A stretch of DNA of 64,000 bases, from NCBI GenBank assembly GCA_024643795.1, contig JAHEMF010000009.1, positions 15,955 to 79,954 on the forward strand. Reading direction: 5' to 3'. Source of the stretch: Bacteroidota bacterium (lineage in GTDB: Bacteria > Bacteroidota > Bacteroidia > AKYH767-A > OLB10). This document shows positions 20,701-28,877 of this stretch, one piece after another; the first letter of the stretch is position 1; each line of letters begins with the position of its first letter. The notes under the pieces were generated by a model, which worked only from the letters and a program-made list of their open reading frames with translations, had not been told where the DNA came from and searched no databases. The position numbers and the translations under genes are program-made.

Positions 20701-21519
20701 GACTCTGTTGCTGGACGCTCCAGATCCGGTATTAAGTACAGCGCTCCATGTTGTGCCCCCGTTTGTTGACCTGAACAATCCATTACGTGTTCCGGCATAT
20801 ACATCACCAGTTACCGGATGAACTTTTATCCTTTGTATGTAATAATAGTTGCCTGACGATGCTGTTGCAGCAAGTTGTGACCACGTGATACCGCCATCGG
20901 TCGATTTCCATATACCATTCCCTCTTATCGCATCACCATTAAAAAACCCTTCACCTGTTCCAAAATACATTGTAAGAGGATTGGTAGGATCATGCGCAAT
21001 ACATGTGATCGCAAGGTTATTAAAAAGGTCGTCCACCGGTTGCCAGTTTGGCGGAGTGGCAGTTATGTCTGTTGTCTTCCATAGTCCTCCACCAACACCG
21101 GCCGACCATACTGTCTTAAAAGTTGGGTCATTCGGGTCAACCATTATAGCTCTTGTTCGCCCGCCAACATTGTTGGGACCACGCTCAAGCCAGGTAACTC
21201 CAGGTATGGCGCCCATGGCTTTTCCGATCGCAGATTGTTCCTGAAGGCTTCGGGTATATTGATATGCCTGAATCAGTCGTTCCTTAGGTACTTCCAGAGT
21301 AGCAGGGTCGCGTGTTAATTCGATCTCCTGAAGGATCGCAAGATCCATTCTATCACGTAATGGGATTTCACTCTCTCCTTCTTCCCTATCCAAGCTTTTC
21401 GCATCCTTCTTAAAATCAATGCCTTTGGATGACTGGGGAGCATAAAAATCGATAATACCTGTCATAAAAACAGATATAATCAAGGCTGAAAGTGATATGG
21501 AATATTTAGAGGTTTTCAA
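17800..21519 (-). CDS. Secreted BNR/Asp-box repeat protein with PKD domain and T9SS type-A C-terminal sorting domain
   Basis: Multiple S-x-D-x-G-x-T-W Asp-boxes (STDGGITWS, STNGGTTWS, STDGGANWS, TTNGGTSWTS). PKD-like DFGDGNTSATQNPSHTYTNPGLYTV. CTD FVFPNPFKNELNVVF...GIYLIQI. Apparent TTG start followed by a plausible signal peptide. Confidence 0.8.
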   Translation of the reverse strand: MKTSKYSISLSALIISVFMTGIIDFYAPQSSKGIDFKKDAKSLDREEGESEIPLRDRMDLAILQEIELTRDPATLEVPKERLIQAYQYTRSLQEQSAIGKAMGAIPGVTWLERGPNNVGGRTRAIMVDPNDPTFKTVWSAGVGGGLWKTTDITATPPNWQPVDDLFNNLAITCIAHDPTNPLTMYFGTGEGFFNGDAIRGNGIWKSTDGGITWSQLAATASSGNYYYIQRIKVHPVTGDVYAGTRNGLFRSTNGGTTWSAVLNTGSGASSNRVSDLEIGADNSIYVALGLFQTDGIYKSATGNSGAWTKLNNGTNGFPTTGFTRIELACAPSNANVIYALAQGTGYGISAIYRSTDGGANWSTRSNPTDADPGIGADFTRGQAWYDLTAAVDPNNSNVLYAGGVDLFKSTNGAGSWQQISHWYGGFGFQEVHADQHEICFEPGNSSILYFGNDGGIYRSSNGTASIPSIGHVSQNYNVTQYYACSMSPVAYSSEFIAGAQDNGSQKYSTLGINSTVEVTGGDGCFTHIDQDQPQYQFTSYVYSNIYRSTNSGATFTRITNNNNGAFVNPSDYDNANNNMYLRNGSGNYYILANAPASNALNSRNVAAFGGGSVTHVSVSPNTNNRVFFGISNGRVVRVDNAHTASPSGTDITGGSMPSGSVSCIAIEDGNDNHLLVTYSNYGVTSVWETTNGGTSWTSVEGNLPDMPVRWALFNPNDATQAMLATELGTWTTDNLMGGATVWGPSNNGMANVRTDMLQIRSSDKLVIAATHGRGLFSSDVFSDPYAEFVSDKQIAYTGKLIAFSDVSYKAIAWNWDFGDGNTSATQNPSHTYTNPGLYTVTLQINGSGAFTRTKTSYIHVLPNRGTPYDLPAGGNFEANPLDFGSETTYGTSFEQGNSSIGGKNGTRSGSTAWVTGLTASNYANNTDTRLWSPNYNLSQPGTYTLRFYRKNSFEISWDGMTVEYTLDKGELWTPLGIVSANWYDFANTTNTTAFPLNQPFFNGTRSSFSLCEYDISFLAGNPNVGFRIRFKSDAFVTGVGVAIDDFQILGATNGPLPVQLVSFTGEVIDEGNVLEWLTLTEVNSSGFELQRSLNGVDYTKIAAVKAAGFSSQPNNYQYVDMVEGDRSYYYRLKMIDQNGDYKYSGSILLERTISNQNLVSFVFPNPFKNELNVVFGNLINREITVCVYELSGKVIYKRLFNPNDIACKLTFDQSILSSGIYLIQITDGEKTYSSKLTHQ

Positions 21520-21582
21520 GGGAAATGTAATTACCCAACGTAAAGATAATCAACAAATTAATAAATAGTTGAGTTAAAGTCA

Positions 21583-21628
21583 AACGCCGGATTTAATACA
21601 TCCGGCGTTGAACTTTTTTCTAGTTTTT
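21583..21628. terminator. GC-rich hairpin with flanking A- and T-tracts (bidirectional intrinsic-terminator-like), just 3' of the OmpA-family gene
   Basis: Perfect 10-bp inverted repeat AACGCCGGAT-ttaatac-ATCCGGCGTT, followed by GAACTTTTTTCTAGTTTTT. Confidence 0.5.
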
Positions 21629-23773
21629 AAGAACCTTGAATTCAGTCCTTCTATTTTCCTGATGTTCCGATTCCGAACACTTAATTCCGTTGTGACACCT
21701 GTTGAGCAACAGCGATTCGCCATAGCCCTTTCCTGTTATTCGCGATTTGTCTATTCCGCCTTGATCAATAATATATTTAGCAGCCGACTTTGCTCTTTTG
21801 TCAGAAAGCGTCATGTTGTATTTGTCGCTTCCCCGGCTATCTGTATGAGAACTAAGCTCTATGATTATCTTAGGGTTGTCCATCATTACTTCGATGAGCT
21901 TATCGAGTTCTTTTGCTGCGTCTGAACGTATGTTCCATTTATCAAGATCATAATATATGTTATCAAGCCTGATAGGTTTGTTAATAATAAGTTTCTCAAG
22001 TACAAGATTCACTCGTTGAACTCCGGGCTCAACACCCCTTGTAGAAACCATCTGACTTTTTGCAAAATAACCATCATGAGAAGCCTTTATTCTGTAGGCG
22101 TTATCCGGTTCAAGTGCAAAGTAATAGTAGCCATCAGCCCCAACAGTTGCAGTGTTTAGTACCTTACCATCTGAAGACATTAATTCAACAAGAGAAGCAT
22201 CCAGGGGCATTCCTGTTTCTTTTGCTGATACCACTCCTTCAACAGCATATGTAAGCTGCTCAAGTTGGAAATCCTGTCGTAATGTTGTTGCAGGAGGATT
22301 AATTGTTGATACCGGAGCAGACGATTTTGAATATTGCGGCTTTGATGCTTCAACAATAAAATCTTTTCCGAATTCCAGTTCTGTACGGTAATTGCCTTCA
22401 GCATCGGTGGTTACCTTACCAATTTCCTTACCTTCTTTATCACGAACAGTTATAATCGCTTCAGCAATAGGCTCATTTGATTTTTTATCTGTAACAGTAC
22501 CTTCAAGAATTATAACTTTAAAGATCTGCACCGCATAAATGTCATCATCACCACTACCTCCGGGCCTGTTTGAAGAAATATAGCCGTCAGTACCTTGTTT
22601 GTTCAATACCAATCCGAAATCATCCTGACTTGTGTTGATTGGGAATCCCATATTAACGGGGCTTCCCCACTCCTCATTTTCAAATTTTGAATAGTAAACA
22701 TCCAATCCACCTAAGCCAGTATGGCCATTTGACGAAAAGTATAATGTTTTATCGTCGCTTACATAAGGAAAAAGTTCGTTGCCTTTTGTATTAACTGAGC
22801 TGCCTGCGTTTATTGCATCTCCCCAACCCCCTTCTTTTTTACGATCAGAATAGTAAATGTCCATACCCCCATAACCTCCGGGCATATCTGAAGTAAAATA
22901 TATCCTGCTGCCATCTTCAGTACAATATGGGTGAGCAACATTATATTGATCGCTGTTAAAGGGTAGATGTTCAACATCTTTCCACTTTCCTTCAACCAAT
23001 TTTGCTCTTACAATTTGAAGCTTAACAACTTTATCTTCTTTATTATTTACACCGCTGCTGTTTCTTGTAGTGTACATTTCTGAACCGCCATTGAACAAAC
23101 ATGCCGGCCCATCATTGAATTTTGATTCCAGATTTTCTGCAAATACAATTGGTGGTTCAAGCTTATCAAGCTTTCCTTTTGAATAATACAAAGCCAGGAA
23201 TGGTTTTCCGGTCCATAGGTGTTTTTTATCTTTCGCTCCACCTATCCTGTTCGAAACAAACACGATGCCATCGTTGTAAACAACCGGACTAAAATCAGCT
23301 TCAGGTGAATTTATACCAACCTTAAGTACTCTTGACCTTGCACTATCAGAATAGAACTGATCCATTTTTGAAAGCGCATCAAGAGCATGCTTGGCGCGTT
23401 CATCAAACATTGCCTTCATTGAATACTTGAGGTAAACATCCCTTGCAGTATCATAGTCGCCGTTGTACATCAACGATTGCGCGTAATAATACATTTCAAT
23501 GGACTGAGCATCCGGAAGTCGGCTTAGCTTACCATACATAGAAGCTGCTTTCCCGTGATCGTTGGTTAAACGATAACACTCGGCAAGCTTTCGCATTATC
23601 GTAACATTGTTAGGATCTGCAGAAAGAGACTTTTCATATTCAGGAATAGCCTTTGTATAGGCATACTCTTCATAGTATTTGTCAGCTTTCCAGGTGGGGT
23701 TTTTTTGCGAAAATGCATCACCTGCCATAAAAATATAGGTGGCAAGGAGGCATAAAAACAGGCGGTTCTTCAT
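21620..23773 (-). CDS. OmpA-family outer-membrane protein with TPR repeats, a TolB-like beta-propeller, a carboxypeptidase-regulatory-like domain and a C-terminal OmpA domain
   Basis: Signal peptide MKNRLFLCLLATYIFMAGDAFSQ. The TPR region begins near the N-terminus (EYEKSL...). WD40-like beta-propeller repeats. OmpA C-terminal domain NIYYDLDKWNIRSD...SHTDSRGSDKYNMTLSDKRA...RRTEF. The track start at 23788 is a TTG. Confidence 0.8.
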   Translation of the reverse strand: MKNRLFLCLLATYIFMAGDAFSQKNPTWKADKYYEEYAYTKAIPEYEKSLSADPNNVTIMRKLAECYRLTNDHGKAASMYGKLSRLPDAQSIEMYYYAQSLMYNGDYDTARDVYLKYSMKAMFDERAKHALDALSKMDQFYSDSARSRVLKVGINSPEADFSPVVYNDGIVFVSNRIGGAKDKKHLWTGKPFLALYYSKGKLDKLEPPIVFAENLESKFNDGPACLFNGGSEMYTTRNSSGVNNKEDKVVKLQIVRAKLVEGKWKDVEHLPFNSDQYNVAHPYCTEDGSRIYFTSDMPGGYGGMDIYYSDRKKEGGWGDAINAGSSVNTKGNELFPYVSDDKTLYFSSNGHTGLGGLDVYYSKFENEEWGSPVNMGFPINTSQDDFGLVLNKQGTDGYISSNRPGGSGDDDIYAVQIFKVIILEGTVTDKKSNEPIAEAIITVRDKEGKEIGKVTTDAEGNYRTELEFGKDFIVEASKPQYSKSSAPVSTINPPATTLRQDFQLEQLTYAVEGVVSAKETGMPLDASLVELMSSDGKVLNTATVGADGYYYFALEPDNAYRIKASHDGYFAKSQMVSTRGVEPGVQRVNLVLEKLIINKPIRLDNIYYDLDKWNIRSDAAKELDKLIEVMMDNPKIIIELSSHTDSRGSDKYNMTLSDKRAKSAAKYIIDQGGIDKSRITGKGYGESLLLNRCHNGIKCSESEHQENRRTEFKVLKN

Positions 23774-23905
23774 GAGAGTTAAGCTCAATAAATAGTTAAT
23801 TTCTAATTACTTATATCAATTCTATCGATTTTCACAGAATTTGATAAGTCCTTTAACTAAAAAATGCCTGAAAGGGTTACAGATTTGAACTTAAATGAAA
23901 AAATG

Positions 23906-25432
23906 TCAGTTCCCTGGAATATCAGGGATTTTCTGTCCATCAATCTTTGATTCGCGGCCAGCTATATAGGTTGTTGTAATTATTAATTCTCCGGTAATAT
24001 CATATGACCGCCATTCACCGTCACGAATTCCAAGTTTATAGTTTCTGATCTCGCGAATCTTGCCATTATCATAATAATACTTGTGTTCGCCATTTTCATA
24101 CCCATCTCTATAGCTGCCCTCAAAAGCCAGTTCTCCGTTCTTGTAAAAACCTTTCCACTCACCATCTTCATAACCATCAATAAAACTTCCTTGTGAATTA
24201 TACTCGCCGCTATTATATTTCCACGAGCCGTCCTTTCTTCCTTCAATATAACCTCCTGTTGCAATTACATTTTCCTTTTCATCAAACTCGTTCATAATAC
24301 CGGTTTCTTTACCTTTTATGAAAGATTCTTCTCTTAAAAGTTTGCCATTTTCAAAAAACCACTTCCATTCGCCATCAGGCTTGCCTTGTATGTAATTTCC
24401 GGTTTGTTCCATCTTGCCAGACGGGTAATAAAACTTCCATAAACCCTCTCTCTTTCCATCAGTATAATTTCCTTCAGACCTTAAGTTGCCATTCTTGTAA
24501 AATTCCTTCCACGGTCCCTGATATAACCCATTACCATCTACTAATCCCTCTCCAACAACATTATCGTCTTTGTAAATGCGAGAAGTAGTTATTTCCCCCG
24601 TCCTGTCATACTCTCTATACACTCCCTGCTTAACCCCATTAATAGTATTCACAGACGATTTCACCCTTCCGTTATTATGATAATCGCGCTCAATCTCTAA
24701 CACCACATCTTTACTCTCGTCAACAACAAGTTCTCCGTTCTTATACACTTCCATTTTTAAGACCGATCCATCCTGGCGATATTCCTTATAAACCCCATCA
24801 AGTTTATCATCCTTATAGTTAGCCTCAGTCTTAACTATTATATCTTCATAAAACTCTTTCCAGATCCCTTGCTTCATTCCGAACTTATCTTGTCGGTTTA
24901 TTTTTTCTTCCCGAACAAAATACCCTTTATTAAATGTAGCTATTGCCACAATCCTGCCATCTTCAGAATACGTTAGTGCCTGCCCCTGTTCAACGCCATT
25001 TTTAAATTGAACCTCTTTGAATAAATAGCCTGATTCGTTATAATATTTTGATAATCCTTCTTTTATGCCATTCTCAAATTGCTCTTCTGATAACAGGGTG
25101 CCATCTGTAAAATACTCCATTTGTAATCCCTGTTTTATATCGCTCTTATAGGAATATCTGGCTGTTGGAATGCCTGCCTCAGAATAAAAAACCCAAATGC
25201 TGTCTAACAACCCATTGACACGATTGCCTTCTGATTTCAATTTGCCGTTCTCATAATATGCCTTCCAATAACCATCTGGTTTTCCATTAACCAGTGCTCC
25301 TTCGCTAGATAACTGACCTCCTGGATAATAAAAATTATTATATCCATTTGGATCAACATCTTTTCCGGGCTTCTGAGCGACAGCCTGAAGCGAAAAAATA
25401 ATTCCAAAAAATAACAGATAAAGTGATTTCAC
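23906..25432 (-). CDS. MORN-variant repeat protein (YwqK-like)
   Basis: About 20 degenerate repeats of roughly 23 aa of the form G.WK.YY.NGKL..EG....GK.DGEW. Signal peptide. Apparent GTG start. Confidence 0.7.
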   Translation of the reverse strand: MKSLYLLFFGIIFSLQAVAQKPGKDVDPNGYNNFYYPGGQLSSEGALVNGKPDGYWKAYYENGKLKSEGNRVNGLLDSIWVFYSEAGIPTARYSYKSDIKQGLQMEYFTDGTLLSEEQFENGIKEGLSKYYNESGYLFKEVQFKNGVEQGQALTYSEDGRIVAIATFNKGYFVREEKINRQDKFGMKQGIWKEFYEDIIVKTEANYKDDKLDGVYKEYRQDGSVLKMEVYKNGELVVDESKDVVLEIERDYHNNGRVKSSVNTINGVKQGVYREYDRTGEITTSRIYKDDNVVGEGLVDGNGLYQGPWKEFYKNGNLRSEGNYTDGKREGLWKFYYPSGKMEQTGNYIQGKPDGEWKWFFENGKLLREESFIKGKETGIMNEFDEKENVIATGGYIEGRKDGSWKYNSGEYNSQGSFIDGYEDGEWKGFYKNGELAFEGSYRDGYENGEHKYYYDNGKIREIRNYKLGIRDGEWRSYDITGELIITTTYIAGRESKIDGQKIPDIPGN

Positions 25433-25453
25433 AGAAGAGTCAATTGATAAATT

Positions 25454-26461
25454 CTAAATACTTAAGTCCCTCGATAATTCAAGCATCTTTATTAAAGGAG
25501 ATAGAGCCTTTTCACACAGATGGGATGGAATGCTAATTTCAGGCCGTTCATATTTTAGGGTTAAATATACCTTTTCCAAGGTATTTAATTTCATATGAGG
25601 GCATTCATTACATGCACATGTGTTCTCTGGAGGTGCAGGAATAAATGTTTTGTCCGGAGATAGCATTTGCATTTGATGAATTATACCCGGTTCAGTTACA
25701 ACTATGAATGATGAGCTTTCGGATTCCTTGGTGTACCGTAACAATGCACTTGTGCTGCCGATAAAATCTGATATGGCCAAAACATGTTCCTCACACTCTG
25801 GATGTGAAATGATCTTCGACTCAGGATATTCCTTATGTATTTTAGATATCTTTTCAAGAGAAAAAATTTCATGAACCATACATGAGCCATTCCATAAAAG
25901 CATGTTCCTTCCTGTCTTCTTGTTAATGTACGCACCCAGGTTTTTATCAGGGGCAAAAATTATAGGCTGCGATTTCGGAAAAGATTCCACTATTTTAACA
26001 GCGTTTGATGAGGTGCAAATTATATCACTAAGTGCTTTTATTTCTGCAGTACAATTAATATAAGTAATTACAACATGGTCAGGGTGTTCTTCTCTGAATT
26101 TTTTAAAATCATAAGGCGGACAGGAATCTGCCAATGAGCAACCGGCTCTTAAATCGGGGATTATTACTTTCTTGTTTGGGTTTAATAATTTTGCTGTTTC
26201 AGCCATAAAGTGAACTCCGGCAAACAAGATTATATCTGCATCAGTCTCCATTGCCTGTCGAGCTAATCCAAGACTGTCTCCTCTGTAGTCGGCTACATCC
26301 TGAATATCAGCATCCTGATAATAATGAGCAAGTATGATTGCATTCTTTTCTCTTTTTAAAGTTGCTATTTCATTGAAAAGATCCAGCGTCGGATCAATAT
26401 TTTCCGCAATGTAGCCAATCTGATACACTTCCTCTTCAATAGCTTTTTGTACACTATTCAT
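25454..26461 (-). CDS. nadA: Quinolinate synthase A
   Basis: [23 protein letters not shown]-terminal signature, conserved Cys ligands, about 335 aa. Confidence 0.9.
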   Translation of the reverse strand: MNSVQKAIEEEVYQIGYIAENIDPTLDLFNEIATLKREKNAIILAHYYQDADIQDVADYRGDSLGLARQAMETDADIILFAGVHFMAETAKLLNPNKKVIIPDLRAGCSLADSCPPYDFKKFREEHPDHVVITYINCTAEIKALSDIICTSSNAVKIVESFPKSQPIIFAPDKNLGAYINKKTGRNMLLWNGSCMVHEIFSLEKISKIHKEYPESKIISHPECEEHVLAISDFIGSTSALLRYTKESESSSFIVVTEPGIIHQMQMLSPDKTFIPAPPENTCACNECPHMKLNTLEKVYLTLKYERPEISIPSHLCEKALSPLIKMLELSRDLSI

Positions 26462-26893
26462 TATATATTTATTCTTTTATAATTTAAAGATGTATTATTA
26501 TATCTGTTAGTTCAGTTCATATCATTTTTAATATTTACTTGTATTTACGGTTATGAACAATTGATGAACAGTATACACTATGTATTGTTAAAACTATTAG
26601 CTTGAATATCAATGAAATCTACATTTTAATATTAATATCTATTTTGAGGTATTGTTAATGATTAGATAAGTTTTTCTTGTGTAAATTGTTCATTTAAGTG
26701 TTCAAATTTGATCGTAATTAAAGTAAATTATTTCTTGTAATATAAGTTGCTTATGATAAGTACAAACAGATATGAACAATCCTAGTTTTACTTATATAAA
26801 GTTATCAAACGCTTTTTTATTTTTTAACAACAAAAGTGTTGATTAACTTTAATGCTGATTATTAGGAGAGTAATAACTATTTAACCAGAGAAC
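26462..26893. promoter_or_regulatory. AT-rich 430 bp divergent intergenic region between nadA and rpiB with repeated ATGAACA/TGTTCAT words
   Basis: No ORF. By eye it is far more AT-rich than the rest of the window. I see seven or more copies of the GTTCAT/ATGAAC hexamer, including the direct repeat ATGAACAATTGATGAACA. Confidence 0.4.
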
Positions 26894-27337
26894 ATGAACC
26901 ATATTGTGATAGGCTCAGACCACGCGGGCTTTAAATGTAAGGAGTTAATTAAAGCTATGCTTGAATCGGCAGGCTACACTGTAGAGGATAAAGGAACATT
27001 GAGTGAAGACTCAGTAGATTATCCCGATTTTGCACACAAGGTAGCAGAGGCCGTATTAACTGAAAATAATACAACCGGGATACTCTGCTGCGGAAGCGGG
27101 AACGGGGTTGCCATGGCCGCAAATAAACATCAGGGAATTAGAGCTGCCCTTTGCTGGAATATGGAGATAGCCTCTTTAGCCATCAAACATAATGCTGCAA
27201 ATGTGTTATGTATACCTGCTCGTTTTGTTACAACCGATGAAGCATACCAGATAACCAATGCCTTTTTGAATGAAAAATTTGAAGGGGGACGTCATCAGAA
27301 CAGGGTCAATAAAATTGACTGTATTTCAGATTTATGA
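26894..27337 (+). CDS. rpiB: Ribose-5-phosphate isomerase B (RpiB/LacAB family)
   Basis: IVIGSDHAGF...CCGSGNGVAMAANK motifs; 147 aa. Confidence 0.85.
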   Translation: MNHIVIGSDHAGFKCKELIKAMLESAGYTVEDKGTLSEDSVDYPDFAHKVAEAVLTENNTTGILCCGSGNGVAMAANKHQGIRAALCWNMEIASLAIKHNAANVLCIPARFVTTDEAYQITNAFLNEKFEGGRHQNRVNKIDCISDL

Positions 27338-28872
27338 AAGGTAATTTTTTTACACTGTACTGCTTCTTCTTTAGTTCATTTTTACCCTCCACTGCTCAGC
27401 AAATTAATTCGATAGCACTGGACCTTTCCAATTCAATTGACAGTGCAAGTGTTTGTAAATACATAAATATACTTTCTTCAGATTCACTTTTGGGTCGCGC
27501 CACTTCAACAACAGGGATGTTAAAAGCTTCAAACTTCGCAGCTCAAATTTTTAACAAAAATCAACTATCAAAGCTTAATAATGGCACCTACTTCCAGGAG
27601 ATACCTTTAGTAAAGCTTGGCCTAACTAAATTAGAACTCAGATCAAAAGTAAAGTCATATGAAAATGTATTAGACATATTCACTTATGGAGGATATGGGG
27701 ATAGAAAACTAGGCGACAAGTCTGTGGTATTCGCTGGTTATGGTATAAAAGATTCGTTGTGGGATGACTATGCCGATATAGATGTTACTGATAAGATTGT
27801 TATAATACTTGCGGGTACTCCCGAAATAGATTGTAATAAAATATTTAAAAGCAAATACACAGGAAATAATGGAAAGGTCAATAAACATAACATTGCCAAA
27901 GAAAAAGGGGCAATAGCTATACTATATATACCCGAAAATTATTCGGAGGAATATTTAGAGTCTCAAAAATATTTTAACACCTCAGATTACTTAAGACTAC
28001 CTGACGATAAAGATGCCCCATTTATTTACATTTCTGATAAGATCGCAGATGATATTTTATCAGCGCAACATTATTCTTTATCAAAGTTCAGACGCAGCAC
28101 AAATAAACACTGTCGCCCAAACAGTATTGAATTAAAAGCAAAACTCCGGATCAATACCAACGATGAAACGGCATCGGTAAAATGTCGGAATACAATAGGA
28201 ATTCTTCAGGGGAGTGAGTTTCCTGATGAATACATAGTCGTTTCGGCCCATTTAGATCATTTGGGTGAACGTAATGAGCAGATATATCATGGTGCCGATG
28301 ACAACGCATCGGGTTCGGCTGCGCTGCTGGCCTTAACAGATTTGTTCAACAGGGCACATGACATGGGCTATACTCCCAGGCGAAGTATTTTATTTGTTTT
28401 GTTTTCCGGAGAAGAGAATGGTTTGCTAGGCTCCAAATATTATACGGAAAGCCCTGCGGTCCCATTAATTCAAACAATGGTCAATCTGAACATTGACATG
28501 ATAGGAAGGACCGACACCTTGCATTCTAAGGGTGAAAAATATGTATATCTAATTGGAAGCAACCGAATGAGCAGCGATCTGCATCAAATAAGCGAAAACA
28601 CAAATAGCTCATACTGTAACTTAACACTTGATTACACATACAACGATCCAGATCATAAATTAAATCTTTACCGGCGTTCAGACCATTATAACTTTATAAA
28701 AAAAGGAGTTCCTGCAATATTTTATTTTTCAGGACTTCATGCCGACTACCATAAGCCAACCGACACTTTTAATAAGATCGAAGGCGAGCTACTGGCAAAG
28801 AGAACGCAATTGGTTTTTCTGACCTTGTGGGAACTTGCAAACCGTGTTCATAAAATAACACTGGATGATTAG
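27334..28872 (+). CDS. M28-family zinc peptidase, secreted
   Basis: SAHLDHLGE...HGADDNASGSAALL and FSGEENGLLGS motifs; signal peptide. Overlaps the rpiB stop by 4 nt (ATGA). Confidence 0.8.
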   Translation: MKGNFFTLYCFFFSSFLPSTAQQINSIALDLSNSIDSASVCKYINILSSDSLLGRATSTTGMLKASNFAAQIFNKNQLSKLNNGTYFQEIPLVKLGLTKLELRSKVKSYENVLDIFTYGGYGDRKLGDKSVVFAGYGIKDSLWDDYADIDVTDKIVIILAGTPEIDCNKIFKSKYTGNNGKVNKHNIAKEKGAIAILYIPENYSEEYLESQKYFNTSDYLRLPDDKDAPFIYISDKIADDILSAQHYSLSKFRRSTNKHCRPNSIELKAKLRINTNDETASVKCRNTIGILQGSEFPDEYIVVSAHLDHLGERNEQIYHGADDNASGSAALLALTDLFNRAHDMGYTPRRSILFVLFSGEENGLLGSKYYTESPAVPLIQTMVNLNIDMIGRTDTLHSKGEKYVYLIGSNRMSSDLHQISENTNSSYCNLTLDYTYNDPDHKLNLYRRSDHYNFIKKGVPAIFYFSGLHADYHKPTDTFNKIEGELLAKRTQLVFLTLWELANRVHKITLDD

Positions 28873-28877
28873 GACCG

